The notes beneath the pieces are model-generated. The model worked only from the letters and a program-made list of their open reading frames with translations, was not told the origin of the DNA and ran no database searches. 32,000 bases of DNA. Source: Vibrio phage VPG01. The translations under genes were made by a program, and so were the position numbers. The stretch is from sequence record MW398869.1; one strand, written 5' to 3'. Numbering within the stretch: the first letter of the stretch is position 1; each line of letters opens with the position of its first letter. Below are positions 26,402 through 32,000 of this stretch, piece after piece.

Positions 26402-28315
26402 ATGGCATTATTTATGGGCAGAAAGCCCTCAGATAACAGACCACTACTACATCTATCTAGCGGAAATGAGTCAGTCTCACAGCTAGACGGAGAACCGATA
26501 GCATCAACGCTATTCCACTCTGAGATACCTTATTTAGCAGTATATGATGTGGTAACAATAACTAAATTCAGAAAGGTAAGATCTGAGAACACATCTTCTG
26601 GGTGGACTCATTACTATGAACCTATCATACCTCAAGAAGTTTGGAACTATATAGATAATAGATATATAATGACAGCTTCTTTAGTCACACATCACCCAGA
26701 CTATGTCAAGCATCAAGTTATGGGTAGGGAGACAGACAAAGAAACTAGACCTTATAATTTGTTTGTTGGTAACTTTACTGGTAGTTTCCCTAATGGAGTA
26801 CCATACCCACAGTCCCCAGTACCAGACTCAGCTACTATATGGAACCTATGGCAGCCGCTAAATTTATATGAAATTACCGCTACACCAAAAAACAGAGACC
26901 AAGGTGTAGCCGTACACTATGATTATAATGGTAAGTGGTCAGTTTCAGGACTACAGAAAGAAACTACTAGTGTATCTACTATGAGTACTATGTATGCAAC
27001 CCCTAATGTGTCTAAGTCATCTAGAAGTACATCGGCTAACTATACCAATCAAAATAGAGATATAACTAAGCTATTTGGTATTAGAGGTGTAGGCTTACCT
27101 TTCATACGAAATGGTAGCTCATCGGCACCTAGCACGGTTACATATTCAGCATCGAAACCTTCATACTATAACTGGAAATTGAAAGTTTATATATTTAATG
27201 TAAAATATAATGCTCAGAATAACGTCGAGCATGTTAGACCAAATATCAAAGATGGTATAAGAATCGACAACAAGGATATGGTTATTGGTGACCTATCTAT
27301 GAAGAGTGGTATGCTTATCTCTGACCCTGCTCCAACAGTAAGGAAATTCAAAAATACAGATAATAATAAGAAGAAATCGTTTTTTGATAATATAGCTAGG
27401 AAGCTATCTCTAGCGCAGCTAGTAGACTATCCATTTCCACTAGCAGATATTACTGTTCGTAGTAATAAAACTTGGAGTATAGAATCTGACTGGGCAGTAT
27501 TACAAGTACATGCTCCATCACCATTGCTAGGGAGTAATATATCGCTAGAGTTCAGTGCTGATGAAATTAAATATAAAGGAAGCAAGGGGGAATTCTTAAT
27601 AGCATCTAAAGCTAGGAAGTATACACCTTACATCCTCGGCGGAGATAGTGCTATCACGGCGGTATTCCCGGCAGAAACAAAAACATTTGCTCAACTAAGG
27701 CAAGGTACACGGTTTGTTAAAACCCCTATACCTGTGAAATGGTATGTAAGGGCTGTATATAATCCTAATGAAATTGGTAACTATGAGAAGGAGGTAGTTA
27801 AGCAAAGAATTAAACTACCTCCAGGCACTACATCCAAGAATACTGTAACTGCACACATATCTCCTCTATACATGCACGGGGAGGCGAGCAGCACGCTTGG
27901 CAGTAAAAAGTCTAAGATGCAGGTAAGTCTAAATGGTTTCGCAGGTTTCTCTAACTTAACACTAGAAACCTTTGAGAAAATCAGACCTGATAAGGAGGTT
28001 ATAGTAGGTAATGTAGCATACAGTGTAATCAAGGATGTATCCTTAACAAGACATAGTGAGGGTAGTATAGGTCCCTCGTACTGGCCACAGAGCCCCACCA
28101 AGAATCGTATGCAGGCTATAAGAATCCAGTATAAGGTTCGGGTGAATTGGACAAGAAACGAGTTGGAACTTGTTGGGTATTACAGGCTAACCAATGCACA
28201 AATCAGAGCAAGGGAAGGCAACCAGAATACTTATTATAACAAGTTAGGGGAGCGGGACGTTACGTACAGAATACCAGAGGTTCGTTTCGGGTTCTATATA
28301 ACGGGTACGGCATAA
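26402..28315 (+). CDS. Receptor-binding protein candidate (T5 pb5/oad-like)
   Basis: 637 aa, only strong + strand gene, directly divergent from terS and followed by pre-early-like genes, as for T5 oad. N-terminus MALFMGRKPSDNRPLLHLSSGNESVSQLDGEPIASTLFHSE appears weakly similar to the pb5 N-terminus as recalled. Confidence 0.68.
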   Translation: MALFMGRKPSDNRPLLHLSSGNESVSQLDGEPIASTLFHSEIPYLAVYDVVTITKFRKVRSENTSSGWTHYYEPIIPQEVWNYIDNRYIMTASLVTHHPDYVKHQVMGRETDKETRPYNLFVGNFTGSFPNGVPYPQSPVPDSATIWNLWQPLNLYEITATPKNRDQGVAVHYDYNGKWSVSGLQKETTSVSTMSTMYATPNVSKSSRSTSANYTNQNRDITKLFGIRGVGLPFIRNGSSSAPSTVTYSASKPSYYNWKLKVYIFNVKYNAQNNVEHVRPNIKDGIRIDNKDMVIGDLSMKSGMLISDPAPTVRKFKNTDNNKKKSFFDNIARKLSLAQLVDYPFPLADITVRSNKTWSIESDWAVLQVHAPSPLLGSNISLEFSADEIKYKGSKGEFLIASKARKYTPYILGGDSAITAVFPAETKTFAQLRQGTRFVKTPIPVKWYVRAVYNPNEIGNYEKEVVKQRIKLPPGTTSKNTVTAHISPLYMHGEASSTLGSKKSKMQVSLNGFAGFSNLTLETFEKIRPDKEVIVGNVAYSVIKDVSLTRHSEGSIGPSYWPQSPTKNRMQAIRIQYKVRVNWTRNELELVGYYRLTNAQIRAREGNQNTYYNKLGERDVTYRIPEVRFGFYITGTA

Positions 28316-28348
28316 TTTTAAAAATTAAATTTTAATTTTCGGCAAATC

Positions 28349-28378
28349 AGACTATGTTTTCGGCATAGTCTGTTTTTG
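28349..28378 (+). terminator. Intrinsic terminator after the receptor-binding protein candidate
   Basis: CAGACTATG-TTTTCGG-CATAGTCTG followed by TTTTTGTTT. Confidence 0.88.
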
Positions 28379-28472
28379 TTTATATAGGCTCGTGCTAACG
28401 AATTCGGCAAGACTATTAATACCTATAATAGCACCTTAGTCATTTTCTGAAATTTTTAAAATAGTTACGTGA

Positions 28473-28560
28473 TAGGGGGTGTACCGCCATAGCCAAATGA
28501 GAACTAGTCTCATTACCGCCCCCTAGATGATAGTGGCTCTCAAATGAGAGCCATTATCAT
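28473..28560. repeat. Cluster of inverted repeats at the late/pre-early junction
   Basis: TAGGGGG (28473-28479)/CCCCCTA (28519-28525) enclosing AATGAGA (28496-28502)/TCTCATT (28508-28514); then ATGATAGTGGCTCTC-AAAT-GAGAGCCATTATCAT (28527-28560). Confidence 0.8.
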
Positions 28561-28579
28561 TTGTACAGCTTTTCTTTGA

Positions 28580-29218
28580 TTATTGAGCTAAAAGCTCGTC
28601 AATCCATTCCGGTTTGCAAATCACGTCTTGAGTTGAACATTCATCTATTAGGTCTTGAATCAACTCAGCGGTATCTTGTTCACCTTGGCGGTAAATGTCT
28701 GCCCATTGCATCTGTAACAGCTCATTCATCAATTTGGCGTCGGTAGCTGTAACACCTTTCAATTGATTAGCCATTTCTAATATACCGTCATGGTCATCAA
28801 AGAAACACCATTCTGTAACCTGTGGCATACTAGCAAACAAATGATTAAACCATTCATGTTTATATGGCGCATCACTCATTGCACTGATACGGGCTGCATT
28901 GCCTTCACCAAACACACGAGGCAATTGGTCACGGCTGCAAACGATAGGCGCACGTAGTTTATTTTTGCGTAGGTAAACATAATCATGATTAAGCATAAAT
29001 CGTGCTGTGAGAATGATTACTAATTCGCCTTGCTCAATTAGTTGTTGCATATATCCGGCAAGTGGTAAGAGCGTATCATCTGCGACTTTCTCAGGTGTGC
29101 AAGCCTCTTTGATGTATTTATCTAGGTTTAAGTTACCTTGTGAATCTAGGCAAGGCTCAACACGGTGGAATGAATCAATTGTTGTGCCGTCCAAATCGAA
29201 TACATATGCTTTTTTCAT
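28580..29218 (-). CDS. HAD-superfamily phosphatase, possibly dmp-like 5'-deoxyribonucleotidase
   Basis: Start ATG 29218 (MKKAYVFDLDGTTID) with GGAGATTTTACCC upstream; DxDGT motif I, ILTAR motif II, WCFFDDHDG motif IV. Confidence 0.75.
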   Translation of the reverse strand: MKKAYVFDLDGTTIDSFHRVEPCLDSQGNLNLDKYIKEACTPEKVADDTLLPLAGYMQQLIEQGELVIILTARFMLNHDYVYLRKNKLRAPIVCSRDQLPRVFGEGNAARISAMSDAPYKHEWFNHLFASMPQVTEWCFFDDHDGILEMANQLKGVTATDAKLMNELLQMQWADIYRQGEQDTAELIQDLIDECSTQDVICKPEWIDELLAQ

Positions 29219-29251
29219 GGGTAAAATCTCCAAAAATTGGGTTAGTTGTAA

Positions 29252-29282
29252 AATGTGACGGGCGTCACATTCTGCGCCCGTC
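29252..29282. promoter_or_regulatory. Overlapping alternative hairpins in the leader of the HAD gene
   Basis: AATGTGACG-GG-CGTCACATT (29252-29271) overlaps GACGGGCG (29257-29264)/CGCCCGTC (29275-29282). Confidence 0.7.
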
Positions 29283-29300
29283 GAGCCGTTAGGCTAAGGA

Positions 29301-30959
29301 TTAGTATTGTTGTTCGCCAATTAGATACATTGGGATAAGCTGACACGTTGAGTTAGGGTAAACTATAGCGTTCGCTCTGTCCCAAGTTGTACCGCCTTTA
29401 TTGTAGCCCATTTCCATCGAACCAGTTACACCTACTACAACCGTGTTATTATCTTCAAACGGTGAATGTGTATGACCTGTGATTGTTTTGATGCGCATTT
29501 TCTTGAATGAAACTGCGCTTCCTCGTGCCCCACCTGTACCGACATGACCGTGCATTGAAACATCAAAGCCATAAGCTAAGCGTTGCTCGTCAATCTTACC
29601 GAACTCAATGTTACTAGAAAGTTCTGGTAATTGGTCGGCTAATGCTGCGAATGCTAAATCCATTTTCGCTAGGTCGCCAAACGTGCCGTTATCCATAGCC
29701 TCAATATAAGCAAGCATCAGGGCATGATAAGTGCGGGCGTTTTTCGGGTCTTTTCGCACATCGAATTTATTATCACGTAGCCACGAATCAAGGGCTAAGT
29801 CATGGTTTGACTCAACAATAAAGACGGGCGCAACTTCTGCCAAACGGTTCAAGTAGTTGATAACATCCGTTAAATCTTCAATTACGGCTCTATCTTGCAT
29901 CTGGTATAAGAACGTCCAATCTTCACGGTTATGATGGTTACGGCTCATAAAGTCTAGCGCATCATGGACAACAATCATTTTAGGATTGTTAGCATACGCC
30001 CATTTTATCGCACGGTCGAAAGAGTCATCACACATCTTTTCGCAGTGTAAATCACCTAGCACGATTACCGGTTGATTGTCAAATACATCATTGTAGGCTT
30101 TGATTGAACCGTCAGGGAAGAACACCGAGCCGTTATCAATAATAACGCCGTTTTCGTCTGCTACTAGTCGGCGGTGATTTACCATGCCGTTTTTGACTTC
30201 AATCAAAACACCCCCGAAACAATGCTCCGCTTCTGCTTCTGCCCCTGCACGGCTGTCAGTGTAGTGTTTAAGCGTACAAACAGACGTTGTATATACCCAA
30301 CGGTGTGAGCCGTTTTTCTGGCGTGATAGGGTTTTGGTTTGTCGTCTAGGGCTAGCAACTACCGTAATTGACTCGCCTGTATTTAATCGCTCGGCTGCAT
30401 TAATAGGTTGTTTTGCAGTTGGTAGAATTTGAGCACTGTTAGCAAGTAGCACATTACCTTCACCACCGAGCCACGTATCCACGTTATCTAGTAAATGCTT
30501 TTTAACGTCTGAATGGAAACTCGGCTTTTTACGCTCCAAGCCTTGCAACGTGGTTGTGTATTTAATCGGCATGATACCAAACTCAGCGTTATATTCTTTT
30601 GCCATTGACAAAAGCGTATTTAGTACCGGATGGGGTTTTGTATTGTTTTGAGCTGCCGTTAGAATATAGATACCGTCATCTAGATTCTCATAGTCACGCC
30701 CCTGCAAGCTACCTGCGAAAGTTGGCTCAATATCAGCCTGTGCTTGCTGACTATGTGACTTTTGCTGCACTTTCTTAACTGGTTTGTTATCATCCAGAAA
30801 CTCTACTAGCTCGCTAGAATGTACACCTTCCAGTTTCAAAGCGTCACGGATTGAAATAGCAACTTCACGACGTTTTGAGTCTAGGCGTTTTCCCCAAAAG
30901 TTTTCACCTTTTGCTAGTTTAAGGATTTGAGCTTTGTTTTCTACTAATAGTTTAGACAT
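29301..30959 (-). CDS. A1-like pre-early protein with metallophosphoesterase domain
   Basis: 552 aa; IVLGDLHCEKM, VVHDALD, VESNHDLAL, MHGHVGTGG, ITGHTHSPF form metallophosphoesterase motifs; size and genome position match T5 A1. Confidence 0.75.
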   Translation of the reverse strand: MSKLLVENKAQILKLAKGENFWGKRLDSKRREVAISIRDALKLEGVHSSELVEFLDDNKPVKKVQQKSHSQQAQADIEPTFAGSLQGRDYENLDDGIYILTAAQNNTKPHPVLNTLLSMAKEYNAEFGIMPIKYTTTLQGLERKKPSFHSDVKKHLLDNVDTWLGGEGNVLLANSAQILPTAKQPINAAERLNTGESITVVASPRRQTKTLSRQKNGSHRWVYTTSVCTLKHYTDSRAGAEAEAEHCFGGVLIEVKNGMVNHRRLVADENGVIIDNGSVFFPDGSIKAYNDVFDNQPVIVLGDLHCEKMCDDSFDRAIKWAYANNPKMIVVHDALDFMSRNHHNREDWTFLYQMQDRAVIEDLTDVINYLNRLAEVAPVFIVESNHDLALDSWLRDNKFDVRKDPKNARTYHALMLAYIEAMDNGTFGDLAKMDLAFAALADQLPELSSNIEFGKIDEQRLAYGFDVSMHGHVGTGGARGSAVSFKKMRIKTITGHTHSPFEDNNTVVVGVTGSMEMGYNKGGTTWDRANAIVYPNSTCQLIPMYLIGEQQY

Positions 30960-30988
30960 GTGTTTTTTCTCCGCTATGGGGTTGGTTG

Positions 30989-31053
30989 TAATTTACAGTG
31001 TAAACTCACAACGAATTTACACTGTAAATTACGCCCTATAAACTAGGGCGTAA
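30989..31053. promoter_or_regulatory. Intergenic palindrome cluster between A1-like and A2-like genes
   Basis: TAATTTACAGTGTAAA (30989-31004)/TTTACACTGTAAATTA (31016-31031), 11-nt spacer, plus overlapping TTACGCCCTA (31029-31038)/TAGGGCGTAA (31044-31053). Confidence 0.9.
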
Positions 31054-31061
31054 ACCCGTTA

Positions 31062-31433
31062 TTAACTGAATGCCTTTAGAACCTGAACCGGAAATTCACG
31101 TTCACCGCCACTAGTAACAATAGCCATAATATTTTTACGCTCTGTTATATCGGCGATTTTTAACGCTTCACATAACAGACTGAATACGGTTAGTTTTGCC
31201 GCTTTATTAGCATAAACTAATGAATCTAGCTCATTAAGATTGAATAGCTTTTTACCACCGTAATTTTCAACTAAGTCAATAACGGTTTGCAGTGTTTTGG
31301 CTGAAATACGGTCATTTCCACGATAACCGAAACGAACGTTAATTAGTTTAGATACTTTTTGCTGTAGCTCACTTTTTGCGTTGCCTGCTTCTAATAGTGA
31401 ACCTAGCGCAATAATTTGAGTTTGATTTGACAT
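31062..31433 (-). CDS. A2-like pre-early protein (tentative)
   Basis: Likely start ATG 31433 (MSNQTQIIALGSLLEAG) with GGAG upstream; small protein beside A1 as in T5. Similarity itself not verifiable here. Confidence 0.5.
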   Translation of the reverse strand: MSNQTQIIALGSLLEAGNAKSELQQKVSKLINVRFGYRGNDRISAKTLQTVIDLVENYGGKKLFNLNELDSLVYANKAAKLTVFSLLCEALKIADITERKNIMAIVTSGGEREFPVQVLKAFS

Positions 31434-31457
31434 GGTTTTTATCTCCAATTATGGGTT

Positions 31458-31521
31458 TAATTTACAGTGTAAACTGCGAATCAATTTACACTGTAAATTA
31501 GGGTATTAATACCCTAATTTA
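31458..31521. promoter_or_regulatory. Second intergenic palindrome cluster upstream of A2-like gene
   Basis: TAATTTACAGTGTAAA (31458-31473)/TTTACACTGTAAATTA (31485-31500), 11-nt spacer, overlapping GTAAATTAGG (31493-31502)-g-TATTAATA-CCTAATTTAC (31512-31521). Confidence 0.9.
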
Positions 31522-31529
31522 CTAGCCGC

Positions 31530-32000
31530 CTAGTCGTCTAAATCGTCGATAATATCGGCTAGGTCAATGCCGTTAGCTAACGCAAAACCTTTGATAAGAA
31601 TCAACTCGTTAGGCGTGTAATCTTTCGCACTAGCTGCCATAATATCAGTGATGCCAATAGCTTCTGTTATAGCTGCTAGGGCTGACATTTTAGCATTTTT
31701 GAGTGAATCAAGTTCTTCTGCGTCAACTTTCAAGCTGTGGGCTAACGCTCGCACGTAATGCTCTTTTCGCACGGTGTTAGTTTTCGCTACGCTTGCAACT
31801 GCATCAGGTTTCTGATAGATACCCATAACTGTTAGTTTTGAGCGAACCGCTTTACCTGATACCGCTTGCACTTCTTCATGCGCTGCAATAGTGTCTAGAA
31901 AATCGTTGTGAGCTGCCGCCTCTTTACCGTCTGCCTCAAGTTTAGCATTGTAAAGTTCTGCTGCTTTTGCTGCTGATTCTTCTGTCCATTTCTTAGCCAT
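31530..32000 (-). CDS. Phage protein of unknown function
   Basis: 156 aa ORF MAKKWTEESAAKAAELYNAKLEADGKEAAAHNDFLDTIAAHEE...; start at the right window edge, so upstream context is missing. Confidence 0.7.
   Translation of the reverse strand: MAKKWTEESAAKAAELYNAKLEADGKEAAAHNDFLDTIAAHEEVQAVSGKAVRSKLTVMGIYQKPDAVASVAKTNTVRKEHYVRALAHSLKVDAEELDSLKNAKMSALAAITEAIGITDIMAASAKDYTPNELILIKGFALANGIDLADIIDDLDD

Noticed and set aside
27781-29258. ORFs 27781..28101 (-), 28561..28746 (+), 29007..29258 (+)
   Set aside because: Antisense to the receptor-binding candidate or HAD gene; the sense genes have promoters, RBS or catalytic motifs.
29301-30959. A1-like metallophosphoesterase as a new anti-phage or nuclease system
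   Set aside because: The phosphoesterase motifs, size and position fit the T5 A1 pre-early protein, so I did not treat it as novel.

Overview
The window looks like the late structural module of a T5-like (Demerecviridae-type) siphophage, running into what resembles the pre-early / first-step-transfer region. Transcribed right to left: small terminase, large terminase, HNH endonuclease, portal, small capsid-associated ORF, prohead protease, major capsid protein, head-tail adaptor, tail completion and terminator proteins, major tail protein with an Ig-like C-terminus, second tube-like protein, two tail-chaperone-like ORFs, an unusual capsid-like ORF, tape measure, distal tail protein, baseplate hub, straight-fibre-like protein with FN3 and collagen-linked repeats, collar-like protein, and a large Ala/Ser-rich side tail fibre that runs off the left edge. 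The only convincing + strand gene (26402-28315, 637 aa) sits where T5 encodes its receptor-binding protein pb5 (oad) and has a near-consensus sigma70 promoter and an intrinsic terminator. To its right lie a HAD-type phosphatase, an A1-like metallophosphoesterase, a possible A2-like protein and one further small ORF. These genes are separated by nested inverted repeats, including four copies of TTTACA-N-TGTAAA. Best leads: the operator-like palindromes and leaders at 29.2-31.5 kb; a +1 (or -2) frameshift candidate joining the chaperone ORFs; an attenuator-like pair of competing hairpins before a capsid-fold-like gene embedded in the tail module; the divergent receptor-binding protein with no neighbouring llp-like ORF; and the about 65-aa WIKYAD repeats linked by collagen triplets. 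I found no convincing defence system, CRISPR array or tRNA. T5 assignments rest on gene order, size and motifs recalled from general knowledge, not on database searches.
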